This document shows, piece by piece, positions 1 to 12,910 of a stretch of 64,000 nt of DNA; the first letter of the stretch is position 1; every line of letters starts with the position of its first letter. A program made the position numbers and the translations under genes. The notes beneath the pieces are model-generated. The model did no database searches. It was not told the origin of the DNA and saw only the letters and a list, made by a program, of their open reading frames with translations. Origin of the DNA: Squalus acanthias (Eukaryota); contig CM059437.1 in NCBI GenBank assembly GCA_030390025.1, forward strand, positions 76,944,001-77,008,000, given 5' to 3'.

Positions 1-362
1 AAGTGCACATCCAAGCACTTTTTAAATGCGATGAGGGTTTCTGCCTCTACCACCCTTTCAGGCAGTGAGTTCCAGACCCCCACCACCCTCTGGGTGAAGA
101 AATTTCCCCTCAAATCCCCTCTAAACCTCCTACCAATTACTTTAAATCTATGCCCCCTGGTTGTTGACCTCTCTGCTAAGGGAAATAGGTCCTTCCTGTC
201 CACTCTATCTAGGCCCCTCATAATTTTATACACCTCAATAAGGTCTCCCCTCAGCCTCCTCTGTTCCAAAGAAAACAAACCCAGCCTATCCAGTCTTTCC
301 TCGTGGCTAAAATCCTCCAGTCCAGGCAACATCCTCGTACATCTCCTCTGTACCCTCTCTAG
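1..362 (-). mobile_element. CR1 LINE 3' fragment
   Basis: Minus strand resembles the CR1 C-terminus (LFSLEQRRLRGDL, NFFTQRVV). Confidence 0.85.
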
Positions 363-774
363 TGCTCTCTTGAACATAATAAGAGATAGAATAGAACAGA
401 ATATAATGAATTAATAAATGATTACATTTCTGTACCTGGAGGCCATCATCTTTATTACACTGTGAAGGCTGCCTGTTCTCTGCTCATGAAAGCTGTCGCG
501 TAATCGCAAGATAATTACAAACAAGAAACAAAGTCCTTCAGATGGCATTATAAACTGAGAGCCGTACAGTTTACATCACATGGGCTGTTGGTTTGAAATG
601 CTGCCATGTATTCATTGCCAATATGCATTCCTTTAGCACTTTGAAATCCCTGCAAACATCCACGGCCTTTGTGTGTTGTTACCTGTTATCTGTTGAACTT
701 TGAACCACACGCACATAAAATTGCTATTTTTCAGGAATCAGAGCAAGAAACAGAATGAACTAGTGTACATCATA

Positions 775-1130
775 CACAACAACAACTTGCAATTATATAG
801 CGCCTTTAATGTATGGAAACATCCCAAGGCACCTCACAGGAGCGTAATCAGACAAAAGTGGACACCAAACCAAAGAAGAAATTATTAAGGGAGGTGGTTA
901 GTCAAGGAGGTCGGTTTTAAGGAGAGTCTTAAAGGAGGAGAGAGAGGCGGAGAGGTTTAAGGAGGGAATTTGAGAGTTAGGGCCCAGATGGCTGAAGGCA
1001 CAGCCGTCACAGGTGAGACGATGGAAGTGGGATGCTTAAGAGACCAGAAGTGGAGGAACACAGAGTTCTCGGAGGAGGTTACAGAGATAGGGAGGGGCGA
1101 GGATTTGAACATGAAATTTTAAATTTGAGA
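775..1130 (-). mobile_element. L2 3' end fragment
   Basis: (caa)n cttgcaattatatagcgcctttaa; reverse complement of the 17830-18185 tail. Confidence 0.75.
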
Positions 1131-2620
1131 ACGGTTGCATAAGATACTCTATACGGGACTCTTCTGTATGACAGTCTAAGTAAAAAGCCTCAGTGAAACC
1201 CTACCCTGAAACAAAAATAGAAAACACTGGAAACAGCAGGTTAGGCAGCACTTATGGAGAGAGCAGACAGGAGGTTTGGGGTAGGGGCAATTCCTCAGAG
1301 CTGGAAAATATTACAAATGAACAGCATTTAAAAAGGAACAGAACAAGGTAAGGGGGAGAAACAAAAAACCCAACCCACCTATTCTGACCCTGGTCTGGTA
1401 TTATAGAGTCATAACCTCCCCCTTCCTGTGCCATGATGAAGAGTTGTGTAGCTAAAACTTAGTGACAAAAATGGGAGTGTCTGGTGGACAGTAGAATCAT
1501 TGGTGGTGTCAAGGTTGGAACTCTGATAGTAAAACTGAAATAGTAAAGTTCTGAAAATGGCAACAGAAAATTGCAAACGGAAGTGTGTTGCACCAACGTG
1601 GTGCATGTGTTTGTTTAACTCGACTGTTTAAATTCACTTGCTGACATAGTTTAAAATACCACCCAAACCCCTCAAATGTGTTTCAGTCTCTTAACGCACT
1701 CTCAGCCTTTTCTGATTCTCTATTTAAAACCTTACTATAAGTCACATGATATGTTCCCTTCCTTTATAATGCCATAAAATGGCCAATCTGCTCTCACTAT
1801 CATCATAAGGCAGCCACTTCCTCCAGTCAACATTAACTCACTGTTAAGCTGCTTATCTAGAACGTCCATTCCCCCTGCATCGCCATGGTTCCAACAAATC
1901 TTTCATTCAAAAAAAACCACTCCCAAACCTCTTCTGCTGGCTCATTTAGTTTATTTATTGCTCAGTTAAAAAGAAAAGAAAGACTTGCATTTATATAGCG
2001 CCTTTCACGACCTCAGGGCGTCCCACAGCGCTTTACAGCCAATGAAGTACATTTTTGAAGTGTAGTCACTGTTGTAATGTGGGAAACGTTCCGCAGTGTG
2101 GAGCAGAACCATACAGGTTCATTGAATTGCTTTCCATACTACTGGAGTAGGGAAGGGAAAAACCCGCCAGCACGCCTGCTCCAGATCACTGCGAATGTTC
2201 AAACATCGTGAGAGGACAGGATTGGGTACGGCTATGATGCAGCAGACGGGAAAATAACCTTCTGACACCCGCTGTCTAGGTTTATACATGAAGATATATT
2301 CTTGGGGCATAATTCTGGTGCAGTTGAATTGGATGCACTGGAAATTGGGGCAGTATGCGGACTGCTGGGTTTCCAACTGAATGGGCGGCTGCTTCACCTG
2401 CCTGCACCCCCGTGTCCCGACAGCAGTTTGGGGGGGTGTCTGGGGGCGTTCCTGGGCTATGCCGAGTATCCCTCCAGATACTACTGCAAGAGGCCCAGCA
2501 GTAGCCAAGTCTGCGGAAAGCAGATGTGGGCGCTGTACTGGGCCTCTTGTGGCCCCCACAATGAGAGAGTCAAATGATAATCAATCCCCGAGGCACAGGT
2601 GCCTACCTGTATGTTAATGA

Positions 2621-2758
2621 TGCGGAGATGCCGGTGTTGGACTGGGGTGGACAAAAGTGAGAAGTCGCACTTCACCTGACGAAGGAGCAGCCGCTCTGAA
2701 AGCTTGTGATTTCAAATAAAGCTGTTGGACTATAACCTGGTGTTGTGTGACTTCTCAC
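2621..2758 (+). mobile_element. Very short PLE insertion of the same family (inverted tail + pseudo-LTR 3' end)
   Basis: 2621-2670 resembles the reverse complement of 29736-29785; 2672-2756 resembles 29662-29746; direct repeat gtatgttaatga at 2609-2620 and 2759-2770. Confidence 0.85.
2672..2709 (+). ncRNA. Minimal hammerhead ribozyme variant
   Basis: TCAC-CTGACGA-A-GGAGC-AGCC-GCTCT-GAAA-GCT-T-GTGA. Confidence 0.8.
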
Positions 2759-3009
2759 GTATGTTAATGACTCCACCTCTGGGATTTAGGATGGAGTATT
2801 GATCCAATGGCACTGCCAGATTTTTTTTTACCCTGTTTATATATTATGTAGAATCAAAAACTACTTAACAGTATGTTTCAAAGCGTTAACACACTTCAGG
2901 TGATGATCATGATCGAGCAGCTTACATCGTGTATTAATGCTCCGGCCTTGCAACATGCCTCTGATTGTTGGCTCTGCTCAAGTTCATTTACAAACAGAAT
3001 CAATTCAAA

Positions 3010-3476
3010 GAAAGAACTTGCATTTATATAGCACCTTTTACAACTTCAGGACGTCCCAAAGTGCTTCACAGCCAATGAAGTACTTTTGAAGTGTAGTCAC
3101 TGTTGTAATGTGGGAAACGTGGCAGTCAATTTGTGCACAGCAAGCTCCCACAAACAGCAATGGGTTAATAACCAGATAATCTGTTTTTGTTATGTTGGTT
3201 GAGGGATAAATATTGGCCAGGACACCGGGGACAACACCCCTGCTCTTCTTTGAAATAGTGCCATGGAATCTTTTACATCCACCTGAGAGAGCAGACGGGA
3301 CCTCGGTTTAACGTCTCATCCGAAAGACAGCACCTCCGACAGTGCAGCACTCCCTCCATACGAGCGCTGAGCTGTCAGCCCTAGATTTTGTGCTCAAGTC
3401 TCTGGAGCGGGACTTGAACCCACAGACTTCTTACTCAGAGGCGAGAGTGCTACCCACTGAGTCACGGCTGACACCT
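3010..3476 (-). mobile_element. Full-length tRNA-derived Deu-domain SINE (SacSINE1-like)
   Basis: Minus strand: tRNA-like head with box B ggttcaagtcc, Deu core ctttcggatgagacgttaaaccgagg...ccccggtgtcctggccaa, L2-like tail; partial copies near 1975, 11495, 23080, 41300. Confidence 0.8.
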
Positions 3477-4334
3477 TCCAGGGGCATGGGGCGTGGTCAG
3501 CTACTGTACATTGTTTACTTATCAGCAAGTAAATATTAATCAGTTCAATGTTCCATATGAGATCACATATAAATTCACAACCAAGTGCTGCTGTGTGCCA
3601 AGCAACAGAAACTAAACGCACCTCTTTCTGATTTTGTATAATTGATGTCTAATTTAAATTTGAAAGCACATTGCTAAAATGACAGCTACTTACTTGATTT
3701 ATAAAAGGATTATGATGTGTAACTTTAACATTCTCTACTCTTTTAGGGTGTTGCTGCTGCAGGGCCTGCTATAAGAAGCACTCTGCCCGAATCTTCACAG
3801 GCTTATGACATAGACCTTGCATCCGCAGACTGTCTAAACTGGGTGAGTGTTGAGGTTATTCATCGTAAAATATACAATGTTAAGAAATGATATGGGAATG
3901 GTTTGAAAATAAAACTGATCCAAGACTGTCACTTCCTTTCTTTTTGGTGTGTGCTGCTGTCGTTGCTGTAACTCCAGATTTTTGGAATACTGTATAAGTA
4001 TTTTTTTAAATAACATTATGCAGCTGCAAAGGCTTGGTGGTTAGATGCACTGCATGGTGCGCTACTGGACCTTGCAGAGTAGGAAGGTCCCAGGTTTGAT
4101 CTCTGTCTGTGCTGAGTTAGCTGGTTTCAGTTGGGGCAGGGATCAGGGGAATGCAATCCAGCACTCCTGGACTACGAATGGCCCAGATGAATTTTTACCC
4201 CATTGAGTCTGGAGGTGAGATATCAGCGGCAGATGGGCTGAGGCAGGGGCAGATGTGGGTGATGTTACGGAGGTGGTCTTGGTGTTGCAGGGGATTTGTG
4301 GTCAGAAGCTCAGCTCGAGGTTAAGTAAGACATT

Positions 4335-6108
4335 GGCCGCGATTTCGCCTACCGAGGCAGATCCGGGACGGCCGGGGTCGATAGCGCGGTCCCAGCCCGC
4401 TGCCTGCTCCATCCCGCTCTGTGAGAAGAATTTTCCGTTGATTGGGCTTGTTAAGCCCGCCCCTCGAGATTCCCGGCCAATTAAAAGAAAGCGGATCTGA
4501 TGACGTCATTTGATGACGCGTCATCAGCCGGTTTCCTTAAAGGGACCATGTCCAAATTTACTTTCACAGTTGTGCTGTCAGTGTTCTGCAGCATTGAGGT
4601 GCTGCAAACACTGACAAGCACTGCACAAAGGTGCACGGCTGCACCCAGGCTCTCCCATGACACCCTCCACATGCTTATGGAGGGAGTCACATCACGCAGG
4701 GAGGTCCTCTTCCCTTCCAATGGGTGGAAGAGACCTCCCCAAGACACCAACGCAGCCTGGTTGCACATTGCACAGGAGGGCTCAAGCAGGGAAGTTGTCA
4801 GGAGGACCAGGCTGCAGTGGCACAAACCTTTCAATGATCTCAGTAGATCACGTAATGTTACTGCCATGCCACACTCAACCTCATCCTGCTGTGCCACTCA
4901 TCACATCCCCATAACGCTGCATTCCCTACCCTACTCCTGCACATCCTTACTTACACCAACTTACCTTGCACCTCCACCCATCTCTCTCTATCTACATTAT
5001 CACTTCCCCATCTCACTAGCCACCCCGCACACTCACCCTCATCCTAGTGCAAGCATACTAACTAACAACACACAAGGGTAGGCACTTGGGTGTTTTAGCC
5101 AATGTACATGTGACGTTTCTGGTAATGTGCTGTCAAACATTGACATTTTTATTTTCAACACTTTACATTCTTGAACCGATTTGTGTACACCTTTGGAAGT
5201 GGCTTAGTGAATTGCAGTGAGTGGTGAGACATAACGGTACCCCCCGCAATGCTGATGAGTGTGAAAGGAATGGCTTGGGCATTGTAGGGATGCTTTATGG
5301 TGTTGGTATGGGGTGGTGCTAACCTGGCGCATCATGTGGCGTCAAGTGAAGTAAATCTGGCCATGGTGAGGCCATCCCTGGCGTCCCGGGCAGCAATGTA
5401 GTCGGGTGCTGATGCGCTGTGTCCTGTGCAGCATCTGTTGATTGCGGAGAAGGCTGGTGCTGTTGTTGCTGCTGCTGGTGTGCCCGGTGATGCTGGCGTT
5501 GGGGCTGATCGTGGTGGGATTCTGAGGACCAAGGTGAGATTTTTTCAAGGGCACTGATGCTGATGGACTAGATGGCAGGTGAGGTTGAGATGACAGAAGC
5601 GATTTGTCAATGGTGAGAGAGGTTGTTCCAATGAGGTGACACTGGATAGCGAGTTAGCTCCAAACACTTGCAATCTGCATAAAGCTCAATCTGTCTTCCA
5701 AATGCAGTAAGCAACAGCTTCTAACCTTGGAAAGTGAAGACCTATGGAATGGGAGCTTTTATAGACCATTTGCAGCTGTCAAGTTAGTAAATCATCACAT
5801 GGTGACACAACACCCGACCTCCTTACCTGACGTGATCCCCGAACAGTGGGGAAGCCGTTGGCGAACTCTAAAAATCTAAAAGTAAGTTTAAAATAATACT
5901 TAATTGCCTCTTAACAATCCAGCTGATGATCTAAATTGCCTCCCCCGCCGCTTGGTGTCGGGAATGTTCAGCGCTGACAGACCTGACACGTGGGAGACTA
6001 GTGTGGAGGCGGGTTGATAGCGGGGTCCCGACCCGCTGTCAATCGTTTAAAATTTCACAGCTGACTCGCCTCTGATCCCATGCTCTCAGCGCCGGTAGAA
6101 TTCTGGCC
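4335..6108. mobile_element. Non-autonomous PIF/Harbinger derivative inserted in an L2 fragment
   Basis: 3-bp TSD ATT (4332-4334, 6109-6111); imperfect TIRs GGCC..(G/A)ATT; flanks rejoin into continuous L2 sequence; internal Myb/SANT-like remnant. Confidence 0.75.
4620..4850 (+). pseudogene. Myb/SANT-like DNA-binding domain remnant (Harbinger ORF2 type)
   Basis: AAPRLSHDTLHMLMEGVTSRREVLFP...AWLHIAQEGSS...RRTRLQWHKPFNDL resembles APRF..L..L...V..R...LF...AW..IA......R...QC.K.FNDL. Confidence 0.7.
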
Positions 6109-6435
6109 ATTGAGATTGCAAACCATCTGGTTCAGCCTGAGGCAATGGCCAGGGAGTGGCTTGGAATCGGTGGTGAGAGTACAGAGTTTGTGGCAGGGGC
6201 TGAAGACAATGGCTTTGGTCGTCTCAGTATTTAGCTGACTTGATTTTGTACAAGTAGTTTGACGGTACTGAGGCAGTAAAGAGGTCAAGAGAGGTGGTGG
6301 AGAGGGAGAGCGGGGTGTCATCAGCGTTCATATAGAAGCTCGCCCCATGTCTGTCGAATATGTTGCCAAGGGACAGCATGTCGGTGAGGAAGAGGAGGGG
6401 GGCCAAGGATAGTCCCCTGGGGGGCCTCTGGAGAT
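6109..6435 (-). mobile_element. L2 fragment (continues at 4255-4334 across the Harbinger insertion)
   Basis: Minus-strand YMNADDTPL and TKAIVFSP; similar to the reverse complement of 17220-17500. Confidence 0.75.
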
Positions 6436-7701
6436 GACGGAGTTCTGCACCTATAAGGTGAGGTGGCTGCTGGAATTTCTTGACCTGTGGCACCTGCTTG
6501 GCCAGGACACTCTCCCAGCAAACCCTGTCCCTCTTCTCCCTCCACCGCCTGGCAGGGCCTTGCACTGGGATTGGGGCAGCAACAGGAGTGAACTTCCACC
6601 AGCGCATCTTCAGTTTTCGAGTATATTACATATGCCCTTATATTGCTTGATGTACACCTAACAAATAAAATAAAGCTAGTACGTTGCCGATAAGATGTAA
6701 TAACTTTGGACATTTAGAGGCCACTTTGTGAGACCCTACACCTCGTTAGGGACTCCTACACAGCTAGTGGGATCACGTAATTGCAGATGTGCTACCCATG
6801 CTTTCCATCCATCAAAATCAATGGACAAAAATTACAGACACAGCACCGGTGAATTTGTGAATCTCGCTGTGTTAATGTATTCACATTGGCTGGATAAATG
6901 TATAAAATCCAGAACAATGAAATTGATTCTGAATTTTGAAAGGTTATTGCTCACATCAGTTTCCTTTGTTCAGAGCCATTTGACAGATCTCTATCTCTAT
7001 GAGGTAAACTGCTTCTGTTTTCTAGGCATGAAACACTAAGCACCAGTCCTGTATGTTAATGTTCAAATTGCACAGTAAGGATTATTGTCCAGGATGGCGT
7101 GCTGCATGAGATGGCTGCGACACAGCTGGGTTAAAAATGTCTTTAAAAATAAAATATTATTTTGCTTCAGAGCTTTGGGATTTTGCTCCAACAAACTTAG
7201 GTGTGTGTGCCTACCCCTGGGAGGACTGCTAGTGCCCATGGAATTGTACCTCAGCAGAGTCACAGCACTTAGGGGAGAGGGAGTGAGAGAGAGAGAAGCA
7301 TTATATCTATAATCCAGAGTTAAAATGAACTCTACTTCTCCATTTTAAATAAACTCAGTCTCTTTTTATTAGATTGAACAATTTAGGATGAACCCATTAT
7401 AATGACTATGTATTGGTTGGCGGGCGGGGAGCGGGCAAAGGGGCGGGGGCAGAGGAAAGACAATGGGCCTTGTTGACAATGGACCCTATAGACTGTGGTT
7501 TAAATGTTCTGCTCCAGGATTTAAAATAAAATGAAACCTGTGCTGGTTATTCATGATTCAAGGGTTGGTTCTGGCCTGAAGTACTAGATCTTGTGTTCCT
7601 GTTCCAAGAGTAGCCACGTACCTGGACCGCCAACCCGCCCCTCCGCACCCACCCCCCCCCCACCCGCCCGCCTTATGTGCTCTTAGTACAGGCCGATCAA
7701 T

Positions 7702-7818
7702 AGGGTTGATTTCTATCTTCACCGCCTGGAACGGAATGAAAATCGGCAGGTTCTATAATGAGCTGGGGATCCACTCTGCCAGGTCACCCTCCAGGCGGTG
7801 AAGGCCAAGATGTACCCC
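7702..7818. repeat. Short hairpin MITE-like repeat
   Basis: Perfect 14-bp IR cttcaccgcctgga (7717-7730) / tccaggcggtgaag (7790-7803). Confidence 0.55.
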
Positions 7819-8369
7819 CACATCTCCTATTGGCATTGCCAGTACTGGGTGTTTTACAGTAGTAGCTGTCCTCACCATTTGGGATTTATTGATATATCAT
7901 GCTTTTCCTTTTACTGATTTGGTTTGTACAATCTCAACTTATTTTAGCTTTTCGTGAAAACCTTCAAGTCGAAAGTTTTTCAAAAGTGATCTTCATTCAA
8001 TACCTGCATATTTTGGTGGATTTTTAGGACTATGGCTTATTTTTATATTGCAAACTGATACCACTGAATTTAGTACAGCTGCTCCAAGTATGACTGTTAT
8101 GGTAGTTATTCTGGGAGCCTTGTGTAGTATCGGCTCATTACAGCAGTACGAACCTTGCTGTAGTTCCAGATTCACAAAGTCGCCACTCCACGTTCAGTTG
8201 CCGTCCAAGCCAATGTTCTGATTTTCCACTCCTGTGTGCTTTCTGGTTGCTCATTTTAAAAAACACACAACAGCTCACCTTAATGTAGCCTGTGAAAAAC
8301 CCACTACCTGATGCGCCAGTTATTGTCCTTTCTGCACTGTATCAAACGACACTAAACTCTCATACAATA

Positions 8370-8558
8370 GCAAAATACTGCGGATGCTGGAAATCTGAAA
8401 CAACAACAGAAAATGCTGGAAACACTCAGCAGGTCAGGCAGCATCTGTGGAGAGAGAAACAGAGAATAGACTAAACTCTGTTTGTCTCTCCACAGATGCT
8501 GAGTATTTCCAGCATTTTCTGTTTATATTTCAGATTTCCAGCATCCACAGCATTTTGC
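8370..8558. repeat. Fold-back (inverted) pair of pseudo-LTR ends from a second PLE family
   Basis: gcaaaatactgcggatgctggaaatctgaaa...tttcagatttccagcatccacagcattttgc; related pieces near 1210, 46910, 52975, 61745, 62460. Confidence 0.65.
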
Positions 8559-8989
8559 CTTTGCTTTTGATTAAACCAACTACTGTATCAGTCAACATGT
8601 TTACTACAGCAAACAGCAAACAGAAAACATTGGCCACTTGGCCTCTCCCTGATTTCACCATTAACCCAAAATATATATGTATACCACCTTCATGTTCTCT
8701 AAATATACGGATACCTACATTTAGCTATACGTCACTGACTCCGCCATCGAGTTTCCTACAACACTCTTCATCTGCCTGTCTGACATAAGACCTGGATGAG
8801 CCAAAACTTCCTCCAGTTATATAAAAGAACAGACTGAGCCCAGTCTAGTACAGGACTCCTTACAATTATCCTTCAGTATAGTGCATTATTAGGCTACTAT
8901 ACATCTGAAAATATATCTGTACAGTAGTGTGAATGGGTTGCTATACTTAAGACCATTTCTTGATAGATTGCTTTCTTCCCTAATTAGCC

Positions 8990-9232
8990 ACCACCTCCAA
9001 GTTCCCCTCCAAGTCACACACCATCAAGTATATCGCCGTTCCTTCATCATCACTGGGTCAAAATCCTGGAACTCCCTGCCTAACAGCACTCTGGGAGTAC
9101 CTTCACCACACGGACTGCAGCGGTTCAAGAAGGCGGCTCACCACCACCTTCTCAAGGGCAATTAGGGATGGGCAATAAATGCTGGCTTTGCCAACGACAC
9201 CCACATCCCATAAACGAATAAAAAAAAAAAAT
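8990..9232 (+). mobile_element. 3' tail fragment of the jockey/CR1-group LINE
   Basis: Near-identical to 40088-40312, ends in (A)n. Confidence 0.85.
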
Positions 9233-11800
9233 CTCAATAGTTTTCAACACCCAAAACAATAATAGAAGCTTGCTCCCCAAAAGATTGCTACGCAGTCCAA
9301 ACTGTCTGTGATTTATTGAATTAATGGTACTTAGAGTAACCTTGGAGGATATTGTTAATACATTATTTCACAATGAGGACTGATTACGTTGCTGATTTTC
9401 CAAAGCTTTCATATTGACTTTGAAGCAGAAAATGGGGAGAACCTCAAACTAATAAAAGTCACCTTTTATTTTGATATTTTAGAATTGTTATTGGCAAGCT
9501 GGGTACCATGGAATAAGATTTTATAAACAATGCTTTGTTAATTGTGGTGTCTTTCAATGACACCATATCCACTGGTCCCATTAGCTCTCTCCAGGACTGC
9601 CGTGAAATGAGTGGGTTATTCCATAAAGGCTGTATGACAGCAGATAGAAATCACAGACCACTTCTTTCACTCCCTGTCACTAGAATGTTCTATGGGCAGT
9701 GGAAATAAAATTGAATTGAGTTAATACAAAGGGCTTCCTGGTGGTACTTTGTGCTGTGGTTAAACCTCTGTCACGGTATAAATCTTAAGCCAGATAAGTT
9801 GGACGGTGTGCATTTGAAATCACAGAGGTAGCATATGGGGAGTACTGCCAGTAAGTGGTTTTAGATTTATATTGCCCTTAACTTAACATCTTTTGTACCC
9901 ATATAAGTGATGAAACAGCCTGTTGTAATTTTAGACTCCAGGATATTTTAGTTTATGGAATATATTTCAGTGGATAAGCTTAGCTGTGTACAGGGGCTCT
10001 CAAGATACATATGCCCTCATGAATATGATGATGCACAAGAGGATGTAAAATAACTCATAGCTGCTTGTAAATTACACCCTGTATGATTTATATGTCTGAT
10101 CGGAGGAGAAGGTGAGGCAGACTGCCATGTACTGTGTCTGATACCGTACATAATGGAGCATGCACTGGAGGACAGAATACCTCTATGAAACAAAGACCCA
10201 TTGATTGCGGATTTGTCACAGATACTTCCAATTAATGGCAACCTCGATTTCTGTGGAGAGCATTTATTGTGCCAGAAATGAAAGGCATTGGAAATTTATG
10301 CTTCGCACAAAGACGAATTGCTCAATTTGAGAAAAAAAAATAGAGAAAAGAAACTGGCTAATGCTAAGTTTGAGTGGAAAGTAGTTGCCTTTGTGTGTAG
10401 AACTAATGAAAGGAGCTGCATTGTAAGCAGATTTGATGGCGTTTTTCTAATTGCAAAAGAAAGAGCTTGCATTCATGTAGCACCTTTGATGGCCTCAAGA
10501 TGTTCCAAAGCACTTCACAGCCAATGAATTAATTTTGAAAGTGTCGTCACTGTAGTAGAGAAACACTATAGCCAGGCTGTAGGATATTCCAGGTCGCAGA
10601 GTTGAAGGGGAGTGTGCACGCTTGGCCAGTACATGATTTGATGCATAGGAGAAAATCCTGTCAGCAACAAAAACAACCGCAACTTGCATCTATATAGTGC
10701 CTTTAACATAGCCAAATGTTTCAAGGGGCTTCACAGGAGAAAAAACTACAAACGCTCAGCCAAAGAAGGAAGGATTGGGAGGTGTTACCAAAAGATTGGT
10801 GAAAGACAAGAGTTTTATGGAGGGTCTTAAATGAAGAGAGGGAGGTGGAGGGGTTTAGGAAGGGAGAGAGTGGGATCTAATTGGCTAAAAACACCCAGAG
10901 AAAGGCAACTACTCTGGGAGTGACTGCTTCATATATGTCATGGAAATAAACTCATAATAAAATTGGTTTTGCACCACTAATTTTGATTGTTACAGGTTTA
11001 TTAATTATCTCTATGAAATATATCAACCTATAGGTTGATTCAATAGCTGTAGTCTCCTGAAGATTTTAGTGGTTTAAAATGTTACTGTAAATCCAATTTA
11101 TGTCATGCTTTAGCCCTCCAGACAGTAGATAAAAGACCCAGATGTCATAAATGCTGGTGCTTTCATTCTCAGTACAGTAACTACTCACTATAATACTCCC
11201 TCTGATATATCACAACTGCTAATACAAAAATGGAATGCTCATGGCTATTTCATTTATACAAAATACCTTCTACATCATTTACTGTTCAGTATAGCACACT
11301 TTCGGGTTATCCCCTGGAGACAGTTTTGCAGATATCTTTACTGTCTCCTCAGTTTCTCCTCAGTGATTACCAGGTGACAGATGAATACCTATGTATATAT
11401 ATACTGGTGAAACAAAACCAGATTTTAAAGAGGGGGAAAAATGCCATTATATATTGTCAAGGAGGAAAAAATAGCATGTTGGACAAAAATGAAGAAGGAC
11501 GTGCATTTCTATAGCGCCTTTCATGACCTCAGGACGTCCCAACGCGCTTTACAGCCAATGAAGTACTTTTGAAGTGTAGTCACTGTGGATTGGACACTCA
11601 GAATTATGGTGACATTTTCCTCTATGCATAAAGTTAAAGAAAAAATATTTTTTACCAAGCTGTGTTTTTATGACACTTTAATGTTTTCTTTAGCTTTACA
11701 CACAGGAACCTATATTCCGAGGTTGCTGGATGCTCACCAGGAAATTAAATATTTATCAGGAGCTTGTGGTTTATTGGGAACTCTTTCTGACCTTTACCAG

Positions 11801-11954
11801 GTTGAGGATATGTCCCCACTCACCATGCTGGAAGAAGTTACCACAGTGGAGAGCAGACAGGATGTGGCTGTAACACTGGTGAAGATTTTCCTGGGCCAGG
11901 GCCTGGTGGGGTCATTTCTCGACTACCTCAATATGAGAGAAGTGAACAAAACAA
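11801..11954 (+). CDS. RASAL1: RASAL1-like RasGAP, internal coding exon (VEDMSPLTMLEEVTTVESRQDVAVTLVKIFLGQGLVGSFLDYLNMREVNKT), start of GAP domain
   Basis: Acceptor cctttaccag|, donor |gtaagt at 11955; 154 nt, ends phase 1 and joins the 42963 exon in frame; peptide matches remembered RASAL1 (RQDLATKLVKLFLGRGL...FLDYL). Confidence 0.9.
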
Positions 11955-12910
11955 GTAAGTACTGAATTCAGCAAAAGACTCGGAGGTGAATTCTTCCCAC
12001 AGTCTGTGAATGAGCGGGAGAATCCATTCTTTGTTTCGCTGCACAGTCTATAAGAACAAATATTTCCTTATTAGGTACAAAGGAAACAGCGCTGTGTCGT
12101 TACGTTGGAAGTCATTTAATAGTTTGAAAGGATAAACAGAATTACTGTAGAATGCATTGCTGTTTCAAACTTCACTCTTCCTCAGGGGGTAAATGAAAGA
12201 AAATACTGGAAGATCCCCCAATCTGCCATTTTGGAATCAGAAGCAAGTATTTACATAACTCCAACACAGCTCAGTGACATCACAAGATGGCCCTGTCTCC
12301 CTGTCTCTCAGCAGCAGACAGTACATCCAGTGAAACCAAAATTTTCTTCCCAGGCCTGTTCAACAATTCATTTTATTTTTCCACCTTTTGATGGGAAATG
12401 AGTCATAAAAATAAGAGAAAGCGCTCTCGGCGCAACCCTTGGCGTACTGGGAGCACATAATGGGAATTTGGGCACACCAGAATGATTGGAAAACCATGCC
12501 TGAACTCCCAAAATATGCTCCCGGCATACGCTCCTATGAAACAATAGCCAAGGAATTTCATACCAATGTGTTAACGTGTTTGTTACAAATATTGTAGAGT
12601 GCAATTTCAACCTACATAATTCACACACCTCCTCCTCCTCACACAGTCTCTTAGTAAAGGTTCAGCTCTACTCCCACAGCACTGTGCACTAATATAGTGA
12701 GAACGTTTTATTACAAAGGACACCAAGTAGTTTTTTTATCAGGGATTCTGGTTCAAGCCCCTCCAGTAAGATTCCAATAAGCTTTTAATGGATTAGTGGA
12801 AATTTATTGTAAAGTGTTTGTAATAATGAGGTCCCACTTCAGCAGATGGGGAGAACTATGGCAACTTTATTCCTCTCATAATTTTCTTCCTTTATATTCT
12901 CTTTTTCTAT

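Noticed and set aside
3380..3476. tRNA-like sequence
   Set aside because: It is the head of a SINE; no complete cloverleaf
1..11800. Expected upstream RASAL1 exon (C2B-to-GAP linker)
   Set aside because: No matching peptide with splice sites found by eye; the acceptor-like ttttag near 3747 gives no RASAL1-like translation, so the exon probably lies upstream of the window
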